Shown: one piece after another, positions 12,851 to 27,136 of the stretch
Numbering within the stretch: position 1 is the first letter of the stretch
How the letters are laid out: the number at the start of each line of letters is the position of its first letter
Origin: Malacoraja senta
Taxonomy: Eukaryota
Direction: 5' to 3'
NCBI GenBank assembly: GCA_038087875.1
Contig: CM075989.1
Coordinates: 7,442,001-7,506,000 of the forward strand
DNA length: 64,000 nt
Translations under genes and position numbers: made by a program
Notes under the pieces: model-generated
Database searches by the model: none
Told to the model about the DNA's origin: nothing
What the model saw: the letters and a program-made list of their open reading frames with translations, nothing else

Positions 12851-14516
12851 AAATGTAAAAAAATGTTGATCGTCCATCTATCGCCGTGGATTCAACGTGA
12901 TATTAAAAACCAGGTGATTTTAGGGTCCGTATGTTTGCATTGAATGTGTTTTACATTGTCATTTTGTATGCATGTCTGATTTCCTGCCCCTTTTTGACAA
13001 CATAAATCCCCTAGCTAGATTAGCAATGTAACTTCTGTAAGATAAAACTGCCAAAGACTTTGAGCGGAACGTGTCTTTAAGACAATTTGTTTTGAAATAG
13101 AGATTTTAGGTTTGGATATTTTTTACCTGAGCGTTTGTCTGACACATTTTCCCCTCCCCTCCCCCCATAAAAGCTTGACCAAGTTGAACCCCTAATCTTT
13201 ATTGCTTATACATGATGCAAGGATTGTCCTTTATTAAGTAGTGATTAAACCCTATCTGGTGAGCCTAAAATGGCTGTGAATAATCCTCAGCATTTCAGAG
13301 AGTAGTCAGTTTGTGCCCCTCTGAGAAAAAAGTGTTCCATGTTATCCATATTTTTAGCCTGAGCCTTGTAAAAAAACATGTTAAATAAATCCAGAACAAA
13401 ATGCTGGTGTTGGTGACCATGGCCAATACACTGAATGAGTCTGCCAAGGTTGTCCACTTTACCCGCTTTGACCCTTCAGTAGATGGTTGACCTTCAGTTG
13501 AGGCACATTTAGGGATGGACAATAAATGCCAGCCTTGCCAGTTACATCTGCCTCCACGAAAAGAAAAAACCAAGCAGTAAAGATCATGTTTTAAGTTGGG
13601 CATCTTGCTCCTTGATTCATTGGAACAGCTTTACACTTAGTCAACACTTATTCTTCAAGTAACTCTTTATAATTGATCATACGAGTAGAAACATAATGAT
13701 TGGTTCCGCCCGGTCAGTCCACGTGAGGCGAGTTGAATATTTTCTTTCCTGACAGACAATAGAAGCATCAGTCATCAGCCCAATATATCTGTACCAAGTT
13801 CACAATCCCTGGGCGTTTTACCAGTGCTGTTACTACTGTTCCTGCCGAGCACAGATTTGCTTTTTTTATTTTGGGCAGGGTGTGTTACGTTGCTTGAAGC
13901 TTAAATACTTGGGCCTTTGTTGTGAGGAGAAAATTCTTATCTTGTTTAACTTTTTAACCTGAGGCAGAGCAGCTTCCCCCGAAGACTTGGGTGAGTTCTG
14001 TTGCTTTTCTGGGCAATTTGGCGGAATTCTTGTTGTAATCTAGACAGATGGAAAATAGCAGAATGTGGAAAGTTCACTACATGCAGAACTGTGGCAGTCA
14101 GGATCTCCTGCTTGGTTATTTTCTGTTGGCTAATTCAACTGCTTGCTGCAAGTAGAAAGAGAGACGCTTTTTTATCGCTGGGAAGTGTTAAGGGCCTGTC
14201 CCACTTATGCGATTTTTTTACTTTTCTTAGCAGTCAAGATGAATGAGGGGAGATTATTGAAACATAAGATCATAGGTGTGGGTGGGTGGGGGGGGGGGGG
14301 GGGGGGAGGTCTGGCAGAGTAAATGTTAAACCTCGGCAGTGAATCTCTGGAATTCTCTTTTCCAAAGGGTTGTGGTTCATGGGGGGTTTTGGAGAGAAGA
14401 TTGGGGGACATGAATGAACTTGCACAGAAGAGTTGAGGTGCATCAGCCATGATCATAATGAATGTTGGGGCAGGCTTGAGGAACCAAGTGGCCTACTCCG
14501 AGACCAACTTTCTTGT

Positions 14517-14800
14517 TTAGTTTAGAGATACAGCGCGGAAACAGGCTCTTCAGGCCACCAGGTTCGCGCCGATCCCCACACACTAAGACTCTCCCACGCA
14601 CACTAGGGACAATTTACAATTATACAAATTAGCCTACAAACCTGCATGTCTTTGGAGTATGGGAGGAACCTGGAGAAAACCCACGCAGGTCACGTGCAGA
14701 AGGTACCAACTGCGTACAGGCAAGCACCAATGGTCAGGATCGAACCCGGGTCTCTGGCGCTGTAAGGCAGCAACTCTACCGCTGCACCGCCATGCCACCA
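14517..14800 (-). mobile_element. HE1-like SINE
   Basis: Reverse copy. Confidence 0.85.
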
Positions 14801-15509
14801 TGTGTTTTATCTCTTTATTGGATACAACCAACAGATTGGAAGGGTTCACCCAGGTTAAATCTTTGCTTCATAAAGTAGAGCCTGATATTGAAATCCCTCT
14901 CCCTCATTCAACCCATTGACCCTTGCAAAACAGGCAGTTTCTTCTCCCTTTCAGAGCTTGTGTTAAGTGAATTTGCTCTGAGGGAATAATACGGGCAGGA
15001 GAACCATGTTTGTATTTGGTTAGTCAAATATCACTGCAGAAAATGGAAACAATTGAACCCAATAGTTGTCCTAGCAACTTCATTACACCAGAGCTGTGAT
15101 TAAAAGTCTCGGGCTTAACCTTTGGAGCTCCCTTGCTAAGTTCCTCCATCTGTCAAAGTTCCTACAAAATCAATCGCGAGTCATTTTAGCTTCACTGGGA
15201 GAAAAGGTAGAATTGTAACTATTACATCACTGAAGGAATGTGGATTTTTTGCTGCCTCGTGAGACATCCGAGTGTTATGAGGATTAAAGGTTGGTCAAAC
15301 AAGAGCAGAGAACTCTTGTAGCCTGAGCTTGAACTGAAAAATATATATATTTTTTAAGTGTAGATGTTAAAAATCTGAAGCATAAATAGAAAATGCTGGA
15401 AACTCATCTGGTCAAGCAGCATCTGGAGATGGAAACAACTAACATTACAGGTTTAAGACTCTTGTCAGAACTTGGAAAAAGAGGGGAAAAAATTGTTTTA
15501 AGATGCTGA

Positions 15510-15790
15510 GAATGCCTGGATAGAGTGGATGTGGGTGGAGAGGATGTTTCCACAAGTGGGAGAGTCCAGGACCAGAGGTCACAGCCCCAGAATGGAAGGA
15601 CATACCTTTAGAAAGGAGATGAGGAGGGATTTCTTTAGTCAGAAGGTGGTGAATCTGTGGAATTCGTTGCTACAGACGGCTGTGGAGGCCAAGTCACTGG
15701 ATATTTTTCAGGTGGAGATTGACAGATTCTTGATTAGTACGGGTGCCAGGGGTTATGGGGAGAAGATATGATGATAGATCAGCCATGATT
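15510..15790 (+). mobile_element. CR1 3' fragment
   Basis: ESRTRGHS...FFSQKVVNLWNSL. Confidence 0.85.
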
Positions 15791-16935
15791 GATTGATTGA
15801 TTGATACGTTATTGTCACATGTACTTGGTTTCTTGGTACAGTGAGATTATTTGTTTGCGAACAATTACAGGTGTGCAAGAGGAAAGGGCACCAACAAAGT
15901 TACAGAAGTGTTCAATATCGTCCCTCTTCCTCCCACCCCCCCTCCCCATTCCCCTTTGTTCTCGGCGGGCCACCCCCTCCCCTTGTACCTGACGGCACGT
16001 CTTCGGCACGTCTTCCACAGCCACCGGGACTCATGCGTGCGCCGTCTCTCCGGCCCTTCCACTATCACCGATGGCCCTGCTCGCTCGCTGACATCGCTCC
16101 TCGCCCAGCCGGCGGCCGTTCCCGATCCCGGTCTGCTCAATGCCCCAGTGGCCGGGCCCAGTCCAGCATGGCAAGCCGCAGCACTCACCAGGAGCTCACG
16201 AAAAGCGAGTACACTTGATGGGCTGAATGGCCTAATTCTGCTCCTATCACTTGAAAACCTATCACGGTGGATAGGGCAAAGAAAATACCTGTGATAGGCT
16301 GATGCCAGGGTTGCTGTGGCAACGAGTTGTTAACGAGAGTTAGATGATGACATAAAAACATAGAAAAGAGGTGCAGGAGTAGGCCATTCGGCCTTCGAGC
16401 CAACACCGCCATTCAATAGGATCATGGCTGTTCATCCCAAATCTGCAGCCCCGTTCCTGCTTTCCCCACATATCCTTGATTCTGTTAGCCCTAAGAGCTA
16501 AATCTAACTCTCTCTAAAAACTACATCTAACTCGCCGTAGAAAGAAGTGTGACACGTTACCAGGTCAGGGTGTGCTTATGGAGAAGGATACAAAAAACGG
16601 AGCCAATATCACAGTTGGATGACTTGAAGCGAAAACTTAAAACAAACTTTGAAGTGTTTCCAGCAGTTTCTGTTTTCGAGCCGTTTACCGGTTGCTCCTG
16701 CATGCATTGTTCTAACCAGTGTCCCTGACTGTTGGGGTCAGGCAGCGATCTATCTCGAGAATGAAGAGGAGACTTTACCACACATGGGAAACCCAGGGTC
16801 CATGTCAGATATGTGTCGGCTCCACCACAAGGGTGGGGGGGGGGGGGTGGGGGGGTGGAGGAAGGGTGGAGAGGAACAAAAATCAGGATATGAAATATAA
16901 GCAAGCTTCAACACAGCATTGAGTTCAGTTTAGTT

Positions 16936-17154
16936 CAGGGGTTCCCAACCTTTTTCGTCCCGTTTACCCCTGGTTTCCTTTATAGCACATAACATTGTTA
17001 TTTCATTTATTTATGAACAACTAATGATGAACAGATACCTAGATATACCAGAACCAAACACAGTCAGTCAATGAGAAAAAAGATATGTACAAATCCAGAA
17101 TCAACAAATGTATCCCCTGGGTAGGCGAAATTTACCCCAGGTTGGGAACCCTTG
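16936..17154. mobile_element. hAT-type MITE
   Basis: TIR CAGGGGTTCCCAACC / GGTTGGGAACCCTTG with an 8-bp TSD GTTTAGTT (16928-16935 and 17155-17162). Confidence 0.88.
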
Positions 17155-17611
17155 GTTTAGTTTATTGTCACGTGTACGAAGGTACAGTGTAAACATAGAA
17201 AATAGATGCAGGAGTAGACCATTCGGCCCTTCGAGTCAGCACCGCCATTCAATATGATCATGGCTGATCATCCAAAATCAGTACCCCGTTCCTGCTTTCT
17301 CCCCATATCCCTTGATTCCATTAGCCCTAAGAGCTATATCTAACTCTCAAAGCTTTTGAGAGCTTTTGTTACGTGCTATCCAGTCAGCAGAAAGACAATA
17401 AACATGATTACAATTGAGCCATTTACAGTGTATAGATGCATGATAAGGGAGTAATGACAAACTAGCCCGCCATCCCAATTTAATTGCTTCCACAGACAAG
17501 GTGAAATCCACTGCATGAGAGACCCTACTCAACTGATTGACCTCCTGCCATTTTGGTAGGCAAACTTTTCTAACCTTGCTCCCTAAATAATACAACCTTA
17601 ATACAAGGGAC

Positions 17612-17912
17612 AACACTGTGGCGCAGCGGTCGAGCTGCTGCCTTACAGCACCAGAGACCCGGGTTCGATCCCGACTATGCTGTCTGCACAGAGTTTGTAC
17701 GTTCTCCCCGTGACCTGCGTAGGTTTTCTCCGGGTGCTTCGGTTTCCTCCCACACTCGAGAGGCGTACATGTTTGTACACTAATAGGCTTGGTAAAATTG
17801 TAAATTCTCCCTAGTGTGCGTAAGATAGTGTTAGTAACGGAGTTGCTAGTCGGTGCGGACTCAGTGGGCCGAAGGGCCTGTTTCTGCAGTGTATCTCTAA
17901 ACTAAAGTAAAC
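17612..17912 (+). mobile_element. HE1-like SINE
   Basis: A box TGGCGCAGCGG, B box GGTTCGATCC, V-domain, (TAAAC)n tail. Confidence 0.9.
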
Positions 17913-19554
17913 TATAAGTCCCATTGAAGCTGCACTTAAGTGAGCTCAGCAATGGTTAGTTTCCAAGCTGTGCTTCATTGTATAATATCCATACTTCAAT
18001 TAACCATGAAAATTATGACTTTGAAGCTGATTTCAAACTTCCATGAATCAACTTCCTTTCAAGTTTAATCTTTCAAGTATTTTATCACGGCTACTGTTGA
18101 TGTTTTTTTCTGGAGCACTAACTTTATAATCCAGCCTTGATTCAAGGCTCAAGATGTGATTGTTTGAGTGGAAAATATTAATGCCATTTCACTCTGTACT
18201 TAATTCCTATGGTTTTCCCAACATTAATGGCCCTCTCTTGTGGCCCCTTACTCCCTCTCATTTCCACTTAATTCTGGTAGTTCTTCCCAGTATTGATCCA
18301 TGCCGTGGTTTCATAGCCATTAGCTATCCCTTGATACCTTGACTTTCTTCGAAGACACAAGGAACTGCAGATGCTGGCTTACCAAAAAAGGCCCAAAGTG
18401 CTTGAGTAAGTCAGTAGGTCAACCAGCATCTCTGGAGAACATGCATAGGCAATGTTTTGGGTCGGGGCCCTTTTTCAGAAGTTCTCTCTCTATGTATGCT
18501 GGCTTTGAAGAAGTTCACCTCCTCCCTAGAGTCAGAAGAAAGATCCCGACTCGAAACATTACTACAGAAATGTTGCTTGACCTGCTGTTATTCCAGCACT
18601 TTGGGGCTTTTTTGGGCCATTTTGAATGCACCCAAAGCAGAGAACAGTGAGCTATTTGACTATAGAGACTCTCATGGGAGGTCAGACCCTCAAAACCTCC
18701 GACACCATGCTGCAGTAGAACTCAGAGGCTTGCGATACGTAGCAGGCAGTGTGTGAGTGTTGTGGAAGGAGTGTGTTGGAAGGAGCTGCAGATGCTGGTT
18801 TACACCGAAGATAGACGCAAAATGCTGGAGTAACTCAGGAATGGGTAATGTTTTGGGTCGAATGGAAGACTCCAGGTCTCGATTCTAAACGTCACCCATT
18901 CCTTCTCTCCAGAGATGTTGCTTGTCTCGTTGAGTTACTCCTGCATTTTGTGTCTATCTTCAGCGCGTGAGTGTTTCCTTTCTCCCCAGCCCCGGGCCCA
19001 CACAGCCTCACAGTGGAGCCACCAACAGCCCCGAGCAGAGTCCAGTCTGTGTTCCGTGGCTTGTCATGTTCGTGGGAACTGGGGGCCATTGAAAGAACCG
19101 TTATGGATTTCAATCCAGCTGGCACGAGGCTGTTTGCAAATTAACTGTCCTTTTCCCAGCAGACTCCATTACTCGCTGCTCAAGCATCTGGCAGCAATAA
19201 TCCTCTGACGTCAGCAATCGCTTCAGCTCGGCTGATATTGAATCAAGGCAGTTATTAAGGTACCAATGTGGTTGAAATATAGAGCGAGCTTTTTGCCAAA
19301 CCACTTCAGCTGCATTGGCCCATGAATAATTGTTGTGGAACTACTGATAGGAAGCTGCAGATACAGCCATGTTCCACCCCCCAGTTTTCCTTTTATTTAA
19401 AAAAAAGATAAGCAAAGAGCAAAGATGCTTCCAATAAGTTGACTGGGTTTTTGAGGCTGTTTTGCAAACACATCATAGAACTGCATTCCAGTTCAGCTTT
19501 CTGCTGTAAACTCGTTTAGACCCATGTCTGATTCTGGCAGTTTGTGATGGAGAT

Positions 19555-19740
19555 GGGGGGGGGGGGGTAATAGAGGGAGGGGAGGGAGAGGAGGCGGTAG
19601 ATGAGGGAGTGGAGGGAGAGGGATAGAGGTAGGGTTAAGAGGAGGGAGGGGGAGTTATAGGGAGGGAGGAGAGGATTAGAGGGAGGGGGGGTATTGGAGG
19701 GGATGTTATAAGGAGGGTGGTGGGGGGGTTAGGGAGGGAG
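19555..19740 (+). repeat. G/A-rich low-complexity tract with G-quadruplex potential
   Basis: Many GGG runs. Confidence 0.7.
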
Positions 19741-20531
19741 TTTTCAGAACGTTAGATATGTTGGTACTAGTTTCTCGACCCAGTACATTTTCTGAAGGAG
19801 TAATTATTCCCTGGAGTCTGTTGTGTGTGATTTCTGTTAAGTGCTCTGTCTCTGTGTAGCACACCTGTTAGATAATTGGCCTGATCATTATTTCTCCCTC
19901 TCCTTTTGGGTTTAACTAGCAATGAGTTTCCCGGTCTCCCTAATCTCCAAAGCCGCATCGCAACAAGTGTGCTTCATGTGTAATCCTGGGTGTTGTGTGT
20001 CTTGGGCAATTATACAAGAACCAAACCTGGACCACTCACATCCATCTACCGCGCCTTTGCGGCTGCAGCTCCTAGACTGTGGAACAGCATCCCTCTTCCC
20101 ATCAGAACTGCCCCCTCCATCGACTCTTTTAAGTCATGACCTAAAACTCATCTCTACTCTCAAGCCTTTCTTGACGTCCTCTGAGGGAGGGCTATATGTA
20201 TGTATTTATGTATGTACTTAATCTATGAACCACTGTTATATAACGTTAGTACCTCCAACAATGTAAAGCACTATGGTCAACGAGAGTTATTTTTAAATGT
20301 GCTATAGAAATAAAAGTGACTTGACTTGACACATATACACACCGTACAGGCAGTCATAGTGAAAAGAAAGAACCCACTTTCTAACCCAGGGTACCTATCA
20401 CCGGGGTAATCATTGTCAAATCTCCCTAACTTAACTGAATCACAACTCATTCCATGTCTGTGGTTCGTGTTGCTTCAATAACATTGACAGTCTCCACAAA
20501 CAGAGTTGTTAATCAATAGTTTTCTCCAATT

Positions 20532-20835
20532 AGGCGGCACAGTGGCGCAACGCCTTGCACCGCCAGAGACTCGGGTTTGATCGCGACCATGGGTGTTGCC
20601 TGTGTGGAGTTTGTGAATTCTCCCTGTGACCACGTGGGGTTTTCTCCAGCTGCTCTGGTTTCCTCCCACATTCCAAAGACGTGCAGGCTTGTAGGTCAAT
20701 TGTCCCAATTGTGTGTGTAGGATAGAAATAGTATACAGGTGATCGCTAAACGGCGTGGACTCGGTGGGTTGAAGGGCCTGTTTCTGCTAAAACTAATGTT
20801 TATCTCTAAAACTAAAACTAATCTAAAAACTAAAT
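20532..20835 (+). mobile_element. HE1-like SINE
   Basis: Head, V-domain and tail present. Confidence 0.85.
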
Positions 20836-22749
20836 TAACAAGAATTTTGTATCAGTGAAGGAAATGAACTATTAAATGTGTCTGTAGAACTGGAAATGAG
20901 TTATGAAGGAGTTGATGTGAATAATATTTTATTGCACTTCATTTGGATTTTTACCAAGCTTCACAAATTATTTCATCGTATTTCCCTTTCAAACACTGGT
21001 GTTAGGAGCAGTGTGTCTTTAGGGTTTGCTCAATGTTTTTTTAACACACTATCCACGGTGGGTTTCCTACTCCCCTGCCATTTCACACTCCCTGCTGTAT
21101 CCCAGGCTATGTGGGCAGTAGGTTGTCGACTTGACCCTGGTCTGGAGGGTGTGGACTGCCTCGTGCCAAGGAACAGCTAGGTTGAGGTAGTTGGTTCGCG
21201 ACAACCTGGGAGATGGGAAGAGGAGTCAGCGAAGGATATTACTGCTGACCATCATCCAGAAACGTAGAACATCGAATAGTAGAATACACTGAGGCAGTAC
21301 ATGAGTGTCGCCATTTCCCTTGTCCATTATACACAAGCCCCATTTGCTGTGTTTGCCCATATCTCGCTCAACCTTTGCCATCCATGTACCTGTCCAAATG
21401 TCTTTTAAATGTTATTGTACCTGCCTCAACCACTTACTCTGGTAGTTTGTTCCATAGAAATACCACCCACTGTGAAGAAAACGACTTGTGGAAGGAAGTG
21501 CTGGAGTAACTCAGCAGATCAGGCAGCACCCCAATGGAGGAATGGACAGACCACATTTTGGGTTGAGCCCATTCTTCAGTAGTGTGAAAGTGTTGCCCCT
21601 GGTTCCTATTAAATCTTTCCCCTCTCACCTTAACTTATGTTGTAGAGTTCTTAATTTCCCCAACTGTGGGGATAAAGACTATGTGAATTCACCTTATCTA
21701 TGCTTGTCATGATTATATAAACCTCTGTAAGGTCACCCTCAGTCACCCATGTTCCAAGTAATAGTCTCCAATCTGTTCATCTTCCCCTTTAACTCGGTCC
21801 CTGGAGTCCAGGCAACATCCTTGTGAATCTTTTTCAGCACTCTTTCCAGCATAATGGCATCTACACTGAGTCTGAAGAAGGGTCTCGACCCAAAACGTCA
21901 CTCATTCCTTCGCTCCATAGATGCTGCCTCACCCGCGAGTTTCTCCAGCATTTTTGTCTACCTTCAATTGTTCCAGCATCTGCAGTTCCTTCTTATGCAC
22001 TTTCACATCTTGTCATTTTGCCACACGTTCAAGCATTTTGCAGCCTAACAGTTCCTGGGACTTGCTGAGGAAGCACTTCAAAGACATTCCCCTCTGATGC
22101 AGGCAAATCCTTTTGAGAACAAACGAGACATGTGTGTCCTTGGGTTAGTTGCAAATTGATAAATCAGCTTCTAATTGTATGTAGATTCCTCCATCTGCAT
22201 TGTGATGTGGACCCAGTAATTGGTGTTGAACTTGGTTTGAACTGAAATTATGCATCAGCAACTGGAATTCTTCCTTGAAGACAGTGAGAATAGCATTTAT
22301 GTAGAGGGTCGTGTGCAGTGGAGTTGGTCTTGATTCATAGTCAATGCAAAAGTAGCAATAAAACTTGAGTAACCAATTTCAAGCTACCTGGGCTCTTATT
22401 GTGTTATCATTTGGAATCCATTGACAAGATTCCCTGATTTTCCACCTGTCTCCAAGGATGTGGGTGGTTTAGCACAGAACCTGAAGGGGGCATGGACAAT
22501 GTGGTCACAATGCATCAAAAAAAGTATCACATTTTGCAAATGTCAACAGCCAAATCAAACAATGGACCACATTTTCACATCCTGCTCACACTGCAATTCA
22601 TCTTTCATTTAACACTCTCTCGCCAAAGTGACATACAGGATTATGATTGTAATACCAGCTCAGGTTGTGCCAAGCGCCAAATAACTTCATCCAAACCTTG
22701 CTCATGGGCCCCTGTCTAACTCTACCAGCAATGGGATGAAATGTGCTTA

Positions 22750-23110
22750 CTATCCAACGGTATGAATATTGATTTCTCTAAATTCAAGTAACTTTTGCTT
22801 TCCCTCTCTCTCCGACCCTCCCCCACCATAGTACTCCGTTTAATTTCACTGTCCTCCTTATTACTTTTACAGATTGTATGCCTCATTGTCACCTTCCCCT
22901 CAGCTAACAATGAACCATTCTACATTTCCTTGATCAACGTCTGCTTTGATCTTGTCGTTTACACACCTTACCCTTCCATATCTCTAGTCCTCCCTCTCCC
23001 CTGACTATCAGTCTGAAGAAGGGTCTCCACCCAAAATGTCACCCATTCCTTCTCTCCAGAGATGCTGCCTGTCCCGCTGAGTTACTCCAGCGTTTTGTGT
23101 CTATCTTCAG
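22750..23110 (+). mobile_element. Penelope-like element 3' end with hammerhead-bearing tail
   Basis: ORF end NGMNIDFSKFK* (GIY-YIG C-terminus), a pyrimidine-rich UTR, then GTCTGAAGAAGGGTCTCCACCCAAAATGTC and the family tail. Confidence 0.75.
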
Positions 23111-23414
23111 CGATGGGATGATCTTGCTGGCTGCAATCACTCGATGCAATTGAGCTGCTGGCTTGCTGCCATTGAAATTTTTAATCTGCCATTTATGTGC
23201 AAATGAGATCAAAGTCTGAGACTGTGTGACAGACAGCATCAATATTGTTGACATGCTCCGCTGCTGGACTCCACATGCTCTCCAGTGCAGAGTATACTCT
23301 TGCAACACATCAGCAGGCAGACACACTGGCAGGCCAGTTAGCTGTTGTACATTGACTCTTAATGGGACAACATGGGACTTAGGGGACATAATAAAGGGGA
23401 CTTAAACCACCTAG

Positions 23415-23732
23415 GACGGCACAGTGGCGCAGCAGGTGGAGCTGTGCAGAGACCCAGGTTCGATCCTGACCTCCGGAGCTGTCTGTGTGAAGTTTGCATG
23501 TTCACCTTGTGACCACGTGGGTCTCCTCCGGGTGCTCCGGTTCCCTCCCACATCCTGAAGACGTGCAGGTTTTGAGGTTAATTGGCTTCTGTAAAATTAG
23601 CCCCAGTGTGTAGGAATGGATGTGAAAGTGGGATAACATAAAACTAGTGTGCGCAGGTGATCGATTGTCAGCGTGGACTCGGTGGGCCGATTAACTTATT
23701 TCTATGCTGTATCTTTCAAACAATCAATCAAT
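23415..23732 (+). mobile_element. HE1-like SINE
   Basis: Head, V-domain and (CAAT)n tail. Confidence 0.85.
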
Positions 23733-25082
23733 AGTTCAATCAATTGGGAGTTAATTGTCACATATGAGAGAAAACACATTGCAGGGGAGAAGGGAAGGGT
23801 GGGAATGGGACTGAAATGATCTTTGTGCTGGGCGTCTGGGACAGATTCAATGCACTGGGTGATCCTATGTACTGTAATACTTTCATTCATTGTTCTTTAT
23901 TTCTCTACAACATCGTCTATATCTCTTGTTTCCCTTGTCCCTAACCAGTCTGAAGAGAGGGTCTCGACCCGAAACATCACCCATTCCTTCTCTCCAGAGG
24001 TGCCGCCTGCCCCGCTGAGTTAATCCAGCTTTTTGTGTCTATATTCTTACTATAATAATACACCAATTCAGGTCAGATCAGTCGGATCTGCAACCTCAGT
24101 GATTTCCGCATTAACCAGGGTTTTCAGTTGAAGTGCATAGTTCCAATTGGGCAGGTGGGCAGGGTGGTGCAGCAGATAGTTCTGCTGCCATGTTGTTCCA
24201 GGGGTCCAGGTTCAATCCTTGCCTCGGGAACTATCTGGGTGGAGATTGCACATGACCATCATCGACACAGGGTTTCCCGCAGCTGTTCTGGTTTCCTTTC
24301 CACCATCCATGGATGTGCTTTGGATTAATTCACCACTGTAAATTACTCTTTAGTGTAGACAAGTAGCTAATAGAATCTAATGGGATTTGACAGGACTGTG
24401 AGGGAGAGAAGTTGCAGGAATGAAAGGCAACAGGGAGACGAGGAGATTGTTCCCTAGGAGCCACCATGGACCAAATAGCCCCCTCCAGTGGCTTATAAGA
24501 TGAGACGATGAAGATGATACTTTATTGTCACATGTACCGATGTATCTAGGTACAGGAAAATTCTTTGTTTCGCAAATAATCAGTGAAATCAGACAAAAGA
24601 TAAGCACAATCATAGACGTTAAAAGTGCAATGATTGTAGTGTAATAGTAGACATCACTGGTTTCTGGTGCCCACAAGTTTCAGAGATCTTGAGAGTGCAG
24701 TCTTATCTCAGCCTAAAGGCCTGTTGCCCCTGCGGCAACGATCCTCTCCTCTGCCCGCCGTCATGTGAAAACAGCCCCTTGTCCTGCATCCGCCGCCGCC
24801 GACTCCCTCCACCCTCCTCCCCAGATCTTAATGGAGTGAATGGGCACGTGGGTTTCAAGCAGGAGCTTGGCTGTGTTGACGGATGGATGGGTGAGTGTGA
24901 ACCACTGGAAGCAATGGACAATGAGCAGGCAACGGATCATTCAAGTCTCATGGAGGATTGCAGAGCATAATCACAAGGGGTATTGAATGCTGACCATTAT
25001 AATTAGACAGCAGTGGGGTAGAAGTAATGCCACAGTAGCATGTTGCCCGTCTGGGGGCCGAATGATACTCCGGCTTGAGATA

Positions 25083-25679
25083 CAGTGAACCCTCGCAATT
25101 AAGGACCTCTATGTAATGGGTTTCGGTTATAGCGGACCGAGGCGTCCATTCGCAGTGGTGGTTGGAGGGACGACGGGGAGAGAGCGAGCAGTAAAACTCT
25201 CGGTGAGCATTGCAGTGGGCACGGGTTGGCAGCGGCTGACACAGAACGAGGTCCCAGGGTGTTGGATGTAGGACGCAGTACGCGCCACTGTACAAGCCTC
25301 GACCCGGCATCGCTTACCTCGGTCGCCCGGGAGCGTTGCGAGGCTCCCGTTGGCCCGCCAGGTTACCTAATGAGCTAGCGACGCGTGCCGTGCTTCTGGT
25401 TACGGTAGCAGAGAGAGCGAGCAGCATGAAGGTGGCGGGAGAAGCGGGCACGTCCCTGGCCTACCGCGTGTGGGGGTAGGTAGGCCCTCTGCAGCAGCTC
25501 TGCCTGTGAATTCCCCCTGGTTTGACCCCAACCCCCCCCCCCCCCCCCCCGACCCCCTCATTTCTTCAACTGGCCTTGGATTAAATATTGATATCGACCA
25601 ACCCACACCCGGTTACAGCGAACAATCAGCAATTACAGACATGATCCACCCTCTTGTCTGTTATAGAGAGGGGTTACTG
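25083..25679. mobile_element. Tc1/mariner (Tigger/pogo-like) non-autonomous element with CpG-rich interior
   Basis: TA-CAGTGAACCCTCG... on the left and degenerate ...GAGAGGGGTTACTG on the right, with GGTTA(T/C)AGCG subterminal motifs near both ends. Confidence 0.6.
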
Positions 25680-26594
25680 TGATGCAACTTGCGTTTGCTC
25701 AATTGATATCTAGGTTCATTTGGGTGAAATCATAAAAGCAAATGACTAGAAGATGATTGTATTCTCTGCCGTTTTTAAGACCACGATGCAATTTGATGGA
25801 CATTTGTGCAAGATACAAAGTGGAATTAACACAGACAATGATGAGGAGGAGGAGGATCTGTGTCCATTGGGGGATTTCAGGGCAAGGACTGTGATTGGAA
25901 CACTTGCAGCCAGGTCCTGGCTCAGAGGATCGAAATATTGGAGGAAATGCTCCAATATTTAAAGTCAAGGGCATTTGGACCAGTGGCAAAAACCAGTGGC
26001 AAATTGCAATCTCTCCAAAGAAATTAACACTAATGTCTCTATCAGTAAACAGTCTATCCCTACCTACATCAATAGACAATAGACAATAGGTGCAGGAGGT
26101 AGGCCATTTGGCCCTTCGAGCCAGCACCGCCATTCAATGTGATCATGGCTGATCATCCCCAATCAGTACCCCGTTCCTGCCTTCTCCCCTTATCCCCTGA
26201 CTCCGCTATTTTTAAGAGCCCTATCTAGCTCTCTCTTGAAAGCATCCAGAGAACCTGCCTCCACAGCCCTCTGAAGCAGAGAATTCCACAGACAATTCCA
26301 TCAGGCAACTAAACCATCCCATCAACAACTAGCGAGTAGTCCTGAGCTACCATCTACCTCGTTGGAGACTCTCAGACTATCATATATCAGATTTAACTGG
26401 ACTTTATCTTGCACAATACGTGATTCCCTTTATCCTGTATCTGTACACTGTGGATGGCTCAGTTGTAATCACGTTTAGTCTTTCTGCTGACTGGATAGCA
26501 CGCCACAAAATATATGTCACTGCACCTCGGTACATTTGACAATAAACATGTAATATCTCCTTAATGCAACCTCATCCACAAGATTGTTTTGTGT

Positions 26595-26778
26595 GCGGAT
26601 AAAAGTGCTGGAGAAACTCAGCGGTGAGGCAGCATCTATGGAGCGAAGGAAACAGGCAACGTTTCGGGCCGAAACCTTGCCTATTTCCTTCGCTCCATAG
26701 ATGCTGCCTCGCCCGCTGAGGTTCTCCAGCACTTTTGTCTACCTCGATTTTCCAGCGTCTGCAGTTCCTTCTTAAACA
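26595..26778. mobile_element. Fold-back Penelope-tail element
   Basis: Same palindromic structure with an imperfect TSD of about AGAT(T)GTTTTGTGT. Confidence 0.8.
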
Positions 26779-27136
26779 GATGTTTTGTGTGTTGCGTAGC
26801 ACCTGGAAGAAGAGGGTGATGCAGCTGGGATCGCTGCACCGAGTAGATTCTCTTGGCTGATGGGCCTATTTGATTAATATTGGCAAATTGCAAGCCTTTG
26901 TCTTCTAGCCAATGGTTCTGGAATGTGAGCATTGTCCTAGAGACGTCTTGTGTCTTTTCGCAATTAAAGTCATTTTGGCACCAGATAAATACAAAAGAGA
27001 TTATGACGCACTTTGTGCTGGAGATTAAATGCCGTAGAATGCATTTTATTCATTATCAGCCTCGGGCATGCTAATTCTGCAATCAACGAGACAAAGGAGG
27101 AAAAGGAAAAGGGTATAACTTTGTCAATTCTGAGTG

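Noticed and set aside
25083..25560. CpG-island bidirectional promoter with first exons
   Set aside because: The CpG-rich sequence lies inside TIR-like ends of a DNA-transposon derivative, so the donor-like sites are probably incidental.
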